This document shows, in pieces, positions 41,683-53,720 of a stretch of 64,000 nt of DNA. This stretch comes from Anaeromyxobacter sp. GTDB lineage: Bacteria; Myxococcota; Myxococcia; Myxococcales; Anaeromyxobacteraceae. Under the pieces are notes generated by a model. The model was not told the origin of the DNA and did not search any database. It saw nothing but the letters and a program-made list of their open reading frames with translations. A program made the position numbers and the translations under genes. Numbering within the stretch: the stretch's first letter is position 1; every line of letters starts with the position of its first letter. The stretch spans positions 704,001 through 768,000 of the forward strand of contig JASGJN010000022.1 of NCBI GenBank assembly GCA_049840735.1, written 5' to 3'.

Positions 41683-43446
41683 ATGAGGCCGAACGCGACC
41701 ACGCTCCCCTTCCTGCTGTTCACGCTGCTCGCCGCGCCGGTGAGCGCCGAGCCCCCCGCCGCGCAGCCCTCCAGCGCCGCGGCCGCCGTCGAGGCGCCCG
41801 CCGCCGGCGCAGCCGCGGATGCGTCCGCGGATCAGGCGGTCACGGCCGCGGCCATCCCCTCGGCCGAGGTGCCCCAGGCGCGCCCCGTGCCGTTCGAGGA
41901 CGAGGAGGCCCAGGAGGCCGACCTCGAGGCCGCGCTGGGCGACGCGCCCGAGGCGCCTGCGGTGGCGCTCGAGGTCGAGGTCGAGTCGGCCGAGCTGGAA
42001 GACCTGCGCAAGGCCGAGGAGGCCGCCCGCGTCCGCGAGGCGCCGACCCACCCGAGCACCAGCTCCACCGACGCGCTCGGGCTCGAGTCGCCCATCCGGG
42101 ATCGGGTGGACGGCGCCATGGGGCGTGAGGGCTCGCACGTGCAGGCCTCGGAAGGCGGCCGCATCGCGCTCCTGCCCGAGCTGGATCACGACCTGGCCAC
42201 GCTCCAGGCCGAGTACGACATCCCCATCGACGTGAACGAGCAGGTGGTGGCGTACATCCGGTTCTTCCAGTCGCCCGCCGCCCGCGCCCACTTCGTGAAG
42301 TGGCTGGGCCGCTCGCACCGCTACCTCGAGCGGTACCGCGCCATCATGAAGGAGTCCGGCGTCCCGGAGGACACGGTCTACCTGGCCATGATCGAGAGCG
42401 GCTTCGGCAACTTCGCCTACAGCCGCGCCAAGGCCTCCGGCCCCTGGCAGTTCATCGCCGCCACCGGCAAGCGCTACGGCCTGCACCAGGACTTCTGGGT
42501 GGACGAGCGGCGCGATCCCGAGCGCTCGGCCCGCGCCGCGGCCCGCTACCTCAAGCAGATGTACGGGCAGATCGGCGACTGGCGCCTGACCTGGGCGGCC
42601 TACAACGCCGGCGAGGGGCGGATCTACTCCGCCCGCCGCAAGGGCTACGATGACTTCTGGGACATGGCCGCCACCAAGGGGAAGAAGGTCCTGCACCCCG
42701 AGACCAAGGGCTACGTCCCGAAGCTCATGGCCGCCGCCATCATCTCCAAGCACCCCGAGGCCTTCGGCTTCAAGGCGGAGGAGATCCAGAAGCAGAGCTG
42801 GACCGAGTACGAGGAGATCGAGGTCCCCGGCGCCACGCTGCTGACCGTGCTGGCGCGCGCCGCCGGGCAGCAGGAGAGCGCGCTGGTCGATCTCAACCCC
42901 GAGCTGCGCCGCGCCTGCACGCCGCCGCGGCCGTACAAGGTCAAGATCCCCGCCGCCTCGGTCTCCGCCTTCAACGAGGCCTGGCCGTCGATGAAGGGCC
43001 AGGTCCGGATGACCTTCGCCGGCCACACCGTCCGGCGCGGCGACACGCTCTCCAAGGTGGCGGCCCTCTACGGCGTGCCGGTGCAGGGCATCATGGAGAT
43101 GAACGGCCTGCGCGCCGGCAAGAAGCTGAAGGTCGGGCAGGAGCTGCTGGTCCCCCGGCCGCTGGGGGCCCCCGCGGTGGTGGCCCGGGCCGAGCCGGCC
43201 CGCCGCGCCGAGCCCACCCCGGCGGTGCGGACGCGCCCGGCCACGCTGGCCTCGGTGCGCCGCCCCGAGCCGACCGCGTCGCGCACCGAGCGGATCAAGG
43301 TCCGCTCCGGCGACACGCTCTGGTCCATCTCGCAGCGCTACGGCCTGGAGCTGGACGACCTGTGCCGCCTCAACGGCATCAAGGATCCGCACCGCCACAA
43401 GCTGATGGCCGGCACGCGGCTCAAGGTGATCGACGAGCGGGGGTAG
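41683..43446 (+). CDS. MltD-like lytic transglycosylase with two LysM domains
   Basis: MIESGF, GPWQF, DERRDP, AAYNAGEG, ETKGYVPK and two LysM repeats (GDTLSKVA, GDTLWSIS). Confidence 0.93.
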   Translation: MRPNATTLPFLLFTLLAAPVSAEPPAAQPSSAAAAVEAPAAGAAADASADQAVTAAAIPSAEVPQARPVPFEDEEAQEADLEAALGDAPEAPAVALEVEVESAELEDLRKAEEAARVREAPTHPSTSSTDALGLESPIRDRVDGAMGREGSHVQASEGGRIALLPELDHDLATLQAEYDIPIDVNEQVVAYIRFFQSPAARAHFVKWLGRSHRYLERYRAIMKESGVPEDTVYLAMIESGFGNFAYSRAKASGPWQFIAATGKRYGLHQDFWVDERRDPERSARAAARYLKQMYGQIGDWRLTWAAYNAGEGRIYSARRKGYDDFWDMAATKGKKVLHPETKGYVPKLMAAAIISKHPEAFGFKAEEIQKQSWTEYEEIEVPGATLLTVLARAAGQQESALVDLNPELRRACTPPRPYKVKIPAASVSAFNEAWPSMKGQVRMTFAGHTVRRGDTLSKVAALYGVPVQGIMEMNGLRAGKKLKVGQELLVPRPLGAPAVVARAEPARRAEPTPAVRTRPATLASVRRPEPTASRTERIKVRSGDTLWSISQRYGLELDDLCRLNGIKDPHRHKLMAGTRLKVIDERG

Positions 43447-43485
43447 GCGCCGGGCTGGCCTCAGCTGGCCAGCGCCTGTGCCCTG

Positions 43486-43537
43486 CCCTTCGACTCCGCC
43501 GCCGCCCTTCGGCGGCGGCTACGCTCAGGGCGACCGG
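43486..43537 (+). repeat. REP-like repeat family A, copy 3
   Basis: CCCTTCGACTCCGCCGCCGCCCTTCGGCGGCGGCTACGCTCAGGGCGACCGG between convergent genes. Confidence 0.85.
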
Positions 43538-43564
43538 ATCCGGGGAGCCGCTCAACCGGCGCCG

Positions 43565-44851
43565 CTAACCCAACGTCCGCGCCGGCTCCACGCGCGCCGC
43601 CGCGGCGGCCGGGGCGAGCGCGCCCAGCGTGGCGGCCAGCGCCGGCACGGCCAGCCCGAGCAGCGGCAGCCAGGCCGGGAAGGCGAAGAAGCTCTCCGGG
43701 CGGAACGGGAAGTCGGGCAGGAGCCGCAGCGCCAGGCGATCGGCCAGCGCGGCCAGGCCGCAGGCCAGGAGCGTCCCGGCCACGCCGCCGGCGAGCCCCA
43801 GCGCCGCCCCCTCCGCCAGCACCACCCGGCGCACGTCGGCCGGCGCGGCCCCCACCGCCTGCAGCACGGCGATCTCGCGCGCCTGCCCGCGCACGCTGGC
43901 CGAGAGCGACTGGGCGATGGCCAGCGCCGCCAGCGCGCACATCACGACGGCCAGGAAGGCCAGCGCGCCGGCGGTGACGGCCACCACCGCGCCCACCCGC
44001 TCGGCGGCGGCGCGCTCGCCCTCCTCGATGGAGAACCCCATGCGCCGCACCGCCGCCGCCAGGCGCGGCACGTCGTCCGGGCGGGCCGCCAAGAGCGTCA
44101 CCTGGGTGAAGCCGGCGGCGGGCTTGCCGTAGGCCCGGTGCAGCCGCTGGACGGTGTCGAGCGGCATGGCCAGGAAGTAGATGGGCACGCGGTCGGAGAG
44201 GCCCGCCAGCCGGAGCCGGGCCTGCTCCACCCGCGGCTCCATCTTGCCGGGCACGATGGAGAAGCCGACCCGCACCGGCAGCTCCAGCCCGACCAGCGTC
44301 ACGCCCGGCGGGATGCGGCGCATGCCCCAGGCCGGCGCGATGGTCTTGTCGTAGACCTCGACCAGGCGCGGCGAGAGGAGCACCGGGATGGTGCCGTCCG
44401 GTCCCGGATCGCGGAAGGCCTGGCCCGGCGCGAGGTCGCGCTCCACCAGCCCCGGGGCCAGCCCCACCACCGGGAGCTGGAGCGTCATCCCCGGCGGCCA
44501 GCTGTCGGCCATGCCGCGCGGCGGCTCGGGCGCGGCCACCGGCACCTGGAGCGTCAGGCGCGGCCAGGCCGCCTCCACGCCCGGCAGCGCCGCGAGGCGC
44601 GCCACCGCGTCGTCGTCCAGGCGGCCGCCGCCCAGCAGCCCGCCCAGCGACACCGTGCCGGGGACCACCTCCACCAGCCGGGCGTCGGCCGGGAACATGG
44701 CCCGGGCCGCCCGCCCCACCCCGATCCCCAGCGCCAGGAAGAAGACCAGCGCAGCGGCGCCGGTGCAGGCCGCGGCCGCGTCGACCAGCGCGCGGCGGCG
44801 GTCGGCCCGCAGCCGCGTCCGCACCAGCCAGGCCAGCCCGCGCAGCGTCAC
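43565..44851 (-). CDS. ABC transporter permease (MacB/FtsX-like)
   Basis: N-terminal TM, large periplasmic loop, REIAVLQAVGA, VLAEGAALG and LAPAAAAARVEP. Confidence 0.9.
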   Translation of the reverse strand: MTLRGLAWLVRTRLRADRRRALVDAAAACTGAAALVFFLALGIGVGRAARAMFPADARLVEVVPGTVSLGGLLGGGRLDDDAVARLAALPGVEAAWPRLTLQVPVAAPEPPRGMADSWPPGMTLQLPVVGLAPGLVERDLAPGQAFRDPGPDGTIPVLLSPRLVEVYDKTIAPAWGMRRIPPGVTLVGLELPVRVGFSIVPGKMEPRVEQARLRLAGLSDRVPIYFLAMPLDTVQRLHRAYGKPAAGFTQVTLLAARPDDVPRLAAAVRRMGFSIEEGERAAAERVGAVVAVTAGALAFLAVVMCALAALAIAQSLSASVRGQAREIAVLQAVGAAPADVRRVVLAEGAALGLAGGVAGTLLACGLAALADRLALRLLPDFPFRPESFFAFPAWLPLLGLAVPALAATLGALAPAAAAARVEPARTLG

Positions 44852-45534
44852 GGCCGCACCTCGGCGGCGGACACGAGCCGCCCCTCGCGCAGGTGGAGCA
44901 CCCGGCTGGCGGCGCGCGAGACCCGCTCCTCGTGCGTCACCACCAGCACCGCCAGCCCGTCCGCCGCCAGCTGCCCCAGCAGCGCGATCACCGCCGCGCC
45001 GCTGACCGCGTCGAGGTTCCCGGTGGGCTCGTCGGCCAGCAGCACCCGCGGCCGCCCCACCAGCGCCCGCGCCAGCGCCACCCGCTGCCGCTCGCCGCCG
45101 GAGAGCCGGGCCGGCGGGGCCGCGGCGCGGTCCGCCAGCCCCACCCGCTCCAGCGCCTCCTGCGCGCGGGCCCGCACCGCCGCGGTCGCGCCGCCGCCGT
45201 CCCGGAGCATGCCCGGGAGCATCACGTTCTCCAGCGCGGAGAGGGCAGGGAGCAGGTTGAAGGCCTGGAAGACGAAGCCGATGGCCTCGTTCCGCAGCCG
45301 GGCCCGCCGGGCCGGGTCGAGCCCGGCCAGCCGCGCGCCGGCCACCTCCGCCTCGCCCTCGAACTCGGCGTCCAGCGCGCCGGCCACGTGGAGCAGGGTG
45401 GACTTGCCCGAGCCGCTCGGCCCCACGATGGCCACCTGCTCGCCCGCGGCCACGTCCAGGTCCACGCCGCGCAGCACCGGCACGGCCGCGCCGGCGTCGC
45501 GGAAGGCCTTGGTGATGGCGCGCAGCCGGATCAC
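44848..45534 (-). CDS. ABC transporter ATP-binding protein (LolD/MacB-like)
   Basis: GPSGSGKS, IGFVFQAFNL, LSGGERQR, ADEPTGNLD and VTHE. Confidence 0.95.
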   Translation of the reverse strand: MIRLRAITKAFRDAGAAVPVLRGVDLDVAAGEQVAIVGPSGSGKSTLLHVAGALDAEFEGEAEVAGARLAGLDPARRARLRNEAIGFVFQAFNLLPALSALENVMLPGMLRDGGGATAAVRARAQEALERVGLADRAAAPPARLSGGERQRVALARALVGRPRVLLADEPTGNLDAVSGAAVIALLGQLAADGLAVLVVTHEERVSRAASRVLHLREGRLVSAAEVRP

Positions 45535-47111
45535 CTCCCCCTCCTCGCCGCGCCGCGGCTCGATCTCGACGTCCACCACCAGCGCCTCGCCGGCGAGCGC
45601 CAGCCGCACCGAGGCGGCGGACAGGCGCGAGGCGGGATTCGAGGAAGCGGTCCACCACCGAGCGGACCACGAAGCCGGAGGGGCCGCCGCCGAAGGCCTC
45701 GTCCGGCAGCGCCCGCACCGAGGCCACCAGCCGGCCCGGGTCCAGCACCGCCCCGCCCAGCCCGCCGTCCAGCGCCGCCGCGGCGCGGTCGGTGGGCGGC
45801 TCGAACCCGGCGCCCCCGCCGTCGAGCCGGGTCTCGAGCCGCTCCAGCGCGCCGGGCGGGCCGCCGGCCAGCGCCAGCCGCGTGCCGGCGATGGCCCAGG
45901 CCACCTCGCCGGAGGGGAGCACCACCCGGCCCCGGCCCCGGCCGCGGTCCGCGCCCGCCGAGAGCCGCGCCAGCGCCGCGCCCAGCCGCTCCGGGTCGCG
46001 CAGCTCGGCCACCGCCTCGAAGCGGACCACCCGCAGCGGATCGCGCCGCAGCTCGTCGCCGGGGGCGGAGAGGTCGAGCACCGGCGAGAGCGAGACCACC
46101 GCCGCGCCCCCCGCCCCCAGCGCCGGCAGCAGGTCGCGCTCGGGATCGACGCCGGCCCCGGTCAGCCAGGCGCGCTCGCCGGGCGAGAGCAGCGGCAGGA
46201 GCCGCGCCCCCAGCGCGCCCAGGTCCCCGTCCCAGCGCAGCCCCAGCGGCGACGCCGGCTCCAGGTGCGCCAGCGCCCGGGCGCTGCGGCCGCGCCCCTC
46301 CAGCGCGCGGACGCTGGCCAGCCGCGCCCCCAGCAGCACCGCCGCGCCCAGCTGCACCGCGCCGTCGCTGGCGGAGGCCCCGACGGCCAGCCCGTCGCGC
46401 GCCCAGGGCCAGCCCGCCAGCTGCGGCGCGCCCGGCGTGGCCACGAGCACCGCGGCGTAGCGATCCTGCAGGGCCTGGCGCGCCGCGCGCCAGGCCGGCG
46501 AGGCCGCCAGCTGCTCCGCCTCGGGGCGCGCCAGCGCCGCGGCCAGCGCCGGCGGCCCCTCCGGCCCGGCCGCCAGCAGCGCCACGCGGTCCGAGGCGGT
46601 GAGCGCCCAGGCCAGCGCCGGCGGGGCGCCGGGGGCGGCGCGCAGCACCGCGATGCGCTGCGCGCCGACCAGCTCCACTCCGTGCACCGGCGCGCCCAGC
46701 CGGTCGCGGGACAGCCGGGCCAGCAGCGCCTCCAGCTTGCCCGCGTCGCCGACCGGCAGCACCAGCACCGGTGCGCCCTTGCCGCCCAGCCCGCCCACGC
46801 CCAGGCCGCGGTCCGGGTCCAGGCCGGCCTCCTCGAGCGCGTCGGGATCGAGCGGGTCGAAGCCCAGCTGCGCGGCCAGGCTGCCGCGCAGCGCCACCAG
46901 GTCGGCGGTGCCGGGGAAGCGCGAGACGGCGGCGTGGAGCGCATCGAGCTCGCGCGCGGCGCGGCCGGTTCTCGGCCACCACCAGCGAGAGCCCGGGGCC
47001 GCCGGCCAGGTAGCGCTCCGGCGCGGGCGCGGCGCCAGGGCCGTGGCAGGTGCAGCCCGCGCCGAGGGCGGCGAGCAGGGCGAGCACGGCCGGCTGGGCC
47101 TGCCGGGGCAT
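45531..47111 (-). CDS. Hypothetical lipoprotein upstream of the ABC exporter (frameshifts at ~46970, ~45638 and probably ~45538)
   Basis: Lipobox LGAGC; PERYL; GFDPLDPDALEEAGLDPDRG; pieces join when single extra bases are removed. Confidence 0.7.
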   Translation of the reverse strand: MPRQAQPAVLALLAALGAGCTCHGPGAAPAPERYLAGGPGLSLVVAENRPRRARARCAPRRRLALPRHRRPGGAARQPGRAAGLRPARSRRARGGRPGPGPRPGRGRAGRQGRTGAGAAGRRRGQAGGAAGPAVPRPAGRAGARSGAGRRAAHRGAARRPRRPAGAGLGAHRLGPRGAAGGRAGGAAGAGRGAGAPRGGAAGGLAGLARGAPGPAGSLRRGARGHAGRAAAGGLALGARRAGRRGLRQRRRGAAGRGGAAGGAAGQRPRAGGARPQRPGAGAPGAGVAAGAALGRGPGRAGGAAPAAALARRARLADRGRRRSRARPAAGAGGGGRGGGLALAGARPLRPRRRAAARSAAGGPLRGGGRAARPGAAGRGAGAALGGRGPRPGPGPGGAPLRRGGLGHRRHAAGAGRRPARRAGAARDPARRRGRRVRAAHRPRRGGAGRRAGRGGAGPGPAGGLGAGAAGRGLRRRPLRLRGPLGGGPLPRIPPRACPPPRCGWRSPARRWWWTSRSSRGAARRGR

Positions 47112-47216
47112 GGCGGTGTCTTAGCATGCCCGTGTGCGCCTGTGTCACGGGGGGTGGGGGAGGAGGGCCCCTGCCGCGAGCGGAGCCCGGGCCGGCCGTG
47201 ATAGAGAGCGGCCCGG

Positions 47217-47822
47217 ATGATCTTCTCGACCGAGGACGAGGCGCCCGTCGCGCGCGACATGTTCCCGGACTGGTCCGCCCGGTTCGGGCCGGCCGCCGCG
47301 GCCCTGGAGCTGGAGATCGGCTGCGGCCACGGCGGCTTCGCCCTGGCCTTCGCGCGCCAGTTCCCGGAGCGGGCCCTGGTCGGCATCGAGCAGCGGAAGA
47401 AGTTCGCGGCCGACCTCGCGCAGAAGGCCGAGGCGCGCCAGCTCCCGAACCTGCTCGTCCTCTGCGGCGACGCGCGGCTGCTGGCGCCCCGGCTCTTCGC
47501 CGCCGGGAGCCTGGCCGCCGTCCACGTCCACTTCCCCGATCCGTGGTGGAAGCGGCGCCACCACCGCCGACGGCTGGTGGACGACCGGATGTCGTCGCTG
47601 CTGCTGGGGCTCCTGCGCCCGGGCGGCCTGCTCGACTTCCGCACCGACGTGGAGGACTACGCGCTGGGCGCGGTGGTGCGGCTGGAGGAGGCGGGCTTCC
47701 TGAACGAGGCCGGCGCCGGCCGGTTCGCGGCGGCGCCGCCGGACGAGATCCCTTCCACGCGCGAGAAGCGCTACCTCGCCTCCGGCGAGCCGGTCTGGCG
47801 GCTGCGCCTGCGCAAGCGCTGA
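47217..47822 (+). CDS. trmB: tRNA (guanine-N7)-methyltransferase
   Basis: LEIGCGHG, GIE, HFPDPWWKRRHHRRRL, FRTD and TREKRY. Confidence 0.95.
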   Translation: MIFSTEDEAPVARDMFPDWSARFGPAAAALELEIGCGHGGFALAFARQFPERALVGIEQRKKFAADLAQKAEARQLPNLLVLCGDARLLAPRLFAAGSLAAVHVHFPDPWWKRRHHRRRLVDDRMSSLLLGLLRPGGLLDFRTDVEDYALGAVVRLEEAGFLNEAGAGRFAAAPPDEIPSTREKRYLASGEPVWRLRLRKR

Positions 47823-47884
47823 GGCGCGCGCGCCGCGAGCGGCCCCGCCCGGCCGGCGGCCAGGCGGGGCGCCGCGTACGCCCG

Positions 47885-48350
47885 CTACATGCCGCCGCCG
47901 CCGCCCGAGCCGCCGGTGCTGCCCGAGTCGGTGCCGGAGCCCGTGCCGCCCGACTCGATCCGGGCTGGTGGTTCCGGTGCCCGAGTCCGGCGTCATGGTG
48001 CCGGTGCTGTCGGTGCCGGTCGACGAGCTGGTGTCGGTCGACGAGGAGCCGGTGCCGCCGGCGTCGGTGCCCGTCCCGGAGCTGCTGCCGGTGTCGCTCG
48101 CGGTGGTCCCGGTGCTGTCATTGCCCGAGCTGGTGCCCGAGCCGGTGGTGTTGGTGGTGGTGTCGGTGCTCTGGCCGGCCCCGGTGCTGCCGGTGCCGGT
48201 GGTGGACGAGGCGTCGTTGCCGGAGCCGCTGCTGCTGGTGGTGTCGGTGGAGCTGCTCCCGGTCGAGCTCGAGCCCGTGCCGCTCGCGGTCTTGCAGGCG
48301 GCGCCGCCGAGCAGGAGCACGGCGGCGGCCACTGCGATGAGTCTCTTCAT
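47885..48350 (-). CDS. Ser/Thr/Gly-rich low-complexity lipoprotein (extra base at ~47956)
   Basis: MKRLIAVAAAVLLLGGAAC followed by almost only S/T/G/D residues; ends GSGGGGM*. Confidence 0.75.
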
Positions 48351-48476
48351 GATTCGGTTCCCCTCCCTGTCCGCCAAAGCTGGGCGTGCGCTCTCCCGGC
48401 GGCGAGCCCCGCCGGAAGCTCCGGCCGCGCAGGCAGGCGGCGGGCAGGAGGGCGGGAGAGGGGAGGTGGACGGCTG

Positions 48477-48824
48477 CTACTCGCGGGGAGGCGCGAGCCC
48501 GGCCAGCCCGGCGACCGCCCCGCTGACGGCCAGCGCGGCGCCGGTCAGCGTGACCCCGGCGACCAGCCAGGGGAGCGCCGCGCCCGGCCCGCCCGCGCCG
48601 GTCAGCAGCGCCGCCAGCCCGCGGGTGAGGCCGGCCGCGTGGCCGTGGAGCAGGGCGGCGCCGGTCAGCGCCGAGGCCGCGCCGCTCACGCCCAGGACCC
48701 AGCCGCGGAGCGCGGTCCGCCGCGGGGGGAGGCGCTCCATCACCGAGGCGGTGAAGCCGTCGTCGTCGAGGTAGGGGGCGCGCGCCAGCGCGTCCAGCGG
48801 GTCCTGCGGCTCGGGAGCGGTCAT
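48477..48824 (-). CDS. Probable membrane anti-sigma factor (DUF5056-like)
   Basis: YLDDDGFTASVMERLP followed by TM segments; coupled to the ECF sigma gene. Confidence 0.7.
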   Translation of the reverse strand: MTAPEPQDPLDALARAPYLDDDGFTASVMERLPPRRTALRGWVLGVSGAASALTGAALLHGHAAGLTRGLAALLTGAGGPGAALPWLVAGVTLTGAALAVSGAVAGLAGLAPPRE

Positions 48825-49342
48825 GACGCCTCCGCGGGTGAGAGGTGGCGGCGCAGCTTCTCCTTGCCGCGCAGCACGTGGGTCTTGAGCGTGCCCAGCG
48901 GGACGCCCAGCACGGCGGCCGCCTCCTCGTGCGAGAGCTCCTGCCCGTACGCCAGCGCCAGCGCGGCGCGCTCCTCGTCGCGCAGCACCGCGAAGGCGCG
49001 CAGCAGGTCCACCCGGTCGCCGGCCCGGTCCGGCGCCGGAGGCGGCTCGGGGGGCGGCGGCTCGGGGACCGGGTGGCGGCGGGCGTCGGAGAGGAACTGG
49101 TTCCAGGCGATGCGATGGAGCCAGGTGGCCAGGCGGGACTGGCCGCGGAAGGTGGAGAGCCGGCGGTAGGCGACGAGGAAGGTCTCCTGCGCCAGGTCGT
49201 CCGCCCGCGCCGCGTCGCCCGCGCAGAGCCGGCGCAGCAGCGTGCGGATCACGGCCTGGTGCCGGCGCACCAGCTCCGCGTAGGCCCGGCGGTCGTCCGA
49301 GGCCAGGACGCGGGCCACCAGCGCTTCGTCGCCCGCGCTCAT
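48821..49342 (-). CDS. ECF RNA polymerase sigma factor
   Basis: ADDLAQETF, TWLHRIAWN and LSHEEAAAVLGVPLGTLKTHVLRG. Confidence 0.95.
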   Translation of the reverse strand: MSAGDEALVARVLASDDRRAYAELVRRHQAVIRTLLRRLCAGDAARADDLAQETFLVAYRRLSTFRGQSRLATWLHRIAWNQFLSDARRHPVPEPPPPEPPPAPDRAGDRVDLLRAFAVLRDEERAALALAYGQELSHEEAAAVLGVPLGTLKTHVLRGKEKLRRHLSPAEAS

Positions 49343-49809
49343 CCCTGGCCGGTGGAGGCGTCGACGCCGCCGCGGGGCTCGCCGCGGCCGATCAGGGTCC
49401 AGGTCAGCAGGTAGCCGCACCCCAGCAGCGCAGGCACCACGCCCACGCTCCAGGGGCCGTCCAGCTGCCAGCCGGAGAGCCCGCCCAGGCAGATGGCGAG
49501 CCCGATCCCGACCGCCAGCAGGTTCAGGCCCAGGCGCAGGTCGCGGTGGGCGCGCGGCTCGCGGCGGGGCGAGTCGAGCAGCCCGGGCGGCAGCGGCTGC
49601 CCCTTCTCCAGCGCCAGCCGGATGGTCTCGTGGCGCAGCACCCGGGCGCGGTGGCCGGCATAGAGCACCAGCCCGATGATGGCCACGGCCGAGAAGAAGA
49701 CCGTGGCGGTGGCCAGCACGGCGGTGACCCCCTCGGCCAGATCGTCGGCCAGGGCCGGGGCCGGGAGCGCGAGCACGAGGGCGGGGAGGACGCGGCAGGG
49801 GGCGATCAT
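49339..49809 (-). CDS. DUF6249-like membrane protein
   Basis: RHETIRLALEKGQPLP, DLRLG and GVVPALLGCGYLL; coupled to the ECF sigma gene. Confidence 0.8.
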   Translation of the reverse strand: MIAPCRVLPALVLALPAPALADDLAEGVTAVLATATVFFSAVAIIGLVLYAGHRARVLRHETIRLALEKGQPLPPGLLDSPRREPRAHRDLRLGLNLLAVGIGLAICLGGLSGWQLDGPWSVGVVPALLGCGYLLTWTLIGRGEPRGGVDASTGQG

Positions 49810-49958
49810 CGGGGCTCCGGGGGCGGGTGGACAGCTTCTCATCCCTTGGACGCGGCGCGCGGCCGATCCGGATTCACCCCGGCCCGGATTCCCCTCCGGG
49901 GCGTGGCTCCGGCAACACCGGCGCGCGCGCCGGGGCGTCCGCGGGTAGACTCCGCCCC

Positions 49959-50363
49959 ATGCGCCGCTCCACCGCCTGTGCCCTCCTCGCGCTCTCGCTC
50001 GCCGCCTGCCGCCCGCCGGAGACCCCCGCCGACGCCTACCGCCGCTTCGCGGCCGCGCTGCACAGCCCGCGTCCGGACGTGGTGCAGAGCGCCTGGGACA
50101 TGCTCTCGGCCGGCTCGCGCCAGGCGCTGGACGCGCGGGCCAGGAGGCTGGCCGAGGGCGCGCCCGGCGTGGTCTCGCCCAGCGGGCGGGACCTGCTGCC
50201 GGGGGCGGTCTCGCGCACCGCACCGCGCGTGAAGTCGGTGACGGTGAAGCAGGAGTCGGCCACCGCCGCGGTGGTGGCGGTGGAGGACGAGGGCGGCGGG
50301 CGCGGAGAGGTGCAGCTGGTGCGCGAGGGCGAGGCCTGGAAGGTGGTCCTGCCGCTGCGGTGA
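49959..50363 (+). CDS. Hypothetical lipoprotein (NTF2/DUF4878-like)
   Basis: Lipobox LAAC, PADAYRRF, AWDMLS and LVREGEAWKV. Confidence 0.75.
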   Translation: MRRSTACALLALSLAACRPPETPADAYRRFAAALHSPRPDVVQSAWDMLSAGSRQALDARARRLAEGAPGVVSPSGRDLLPGAVSRTAPRVKSVTVKQESATAAVVAVEDEGGGRGEVQLVREGEAWKVVLPLR

Positions 50364-50491
50364 GCGGCCGGGAGGGACGGGCCGGACCCGCCCGGGCGGA
50401 CCGGCCCTGGGCGCCCCCGCGCGGCCGGGCCGGGAGGGGCTCCCGCGGGGGTGGATCCGGGCGCAAACGTCTGTTATTCAAGCGGTCCCTC

Positions 50492-53176
<2,685 letters not shown>

Positions 53177-53205
53177 GCGGGGCAGGCAGCGCCGTTCGAG
53201 AAGGT

Positions 53206-53258
53206 GCGGGGGTGGGTCCCCGGCGGCTCCGCCGGCGGGGCGGAGGCGCAGCCCCCGT
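53206..53258 (-). repeat. REP-like repeat family B, copy 1
   Basis: Reverse complement matches 63567-63619 at 48 of 53 nt. Confidence 0.85.
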
Positions 53259-53276
53259 GTCAAGGCCTGCGGGGCG

Positions 53277-53306
53277 TTGACCCCCGGCGGCGGCGGTGCC
53301 TACCAT
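53277..53306 (+). promoter_or_regulatory. Putative sigma70-type promoter
   Basis: TTGACC, 18-nt spacer, TACCAT; 8 nt before ATG 53315. Confidence 0.55.
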
Positions 53307-53314
53307 CGTCGCCG

Positions 53315-53696
53315 ATGCCCCCTCCCGCCCCTCGTCCGCGCCTCCGCGCTGCCGCCACCGCCGTGGTGGACCTGGCGCGCGCGCGCGAGTCGCGGCGGCT
53401 GCGCGAGTTCCAGGCGCGCTGCCGCGGCGTGGACGAGGTGAACCGCAAGGCGCTGGCCCGCCTCTTCGAGAACCGGCCACATCTACACGCGCCAGGGGGC
53501 GCGGCTGGGGCGCGAGCTCCTGCTGGCGCACCAGCACCTGCTCCGCGTCTCCGACCTGCTGGCCCGCATCGGCGAGCTGCCGGCGGCCGCCCCCCAGGGC
53601 GACGCCGCCGCGCTCTACGACGAGGCGCAGGCGCTGCTGGCCCGCACCACCGAGCTGACCGCCCGCTGCGGCGCGATGCTGGCGCACGAGCGGTAG
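53315..53696 (+). CDS. Hypothetical helical protein (extra A at ~53471)
   Basis: ...NRKALARLFE joins TGHIYTRQGARLGRELLLAHQHLL...AHER* after removal of one A. Confidence 0.7.
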
Positions 53697-53720
53697 GGTC
53701 CTCCCCGCGCGGAGGCAGAC

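Noticed and set aside
44848..45640. In-frame fusion of the lipoprotein C-terminus to the ABC ATPase
   Set aside because: One fewer G in the G run at ~45538 gives an ordinary GTGA stop/start overlap, as elsewhere in this operon.
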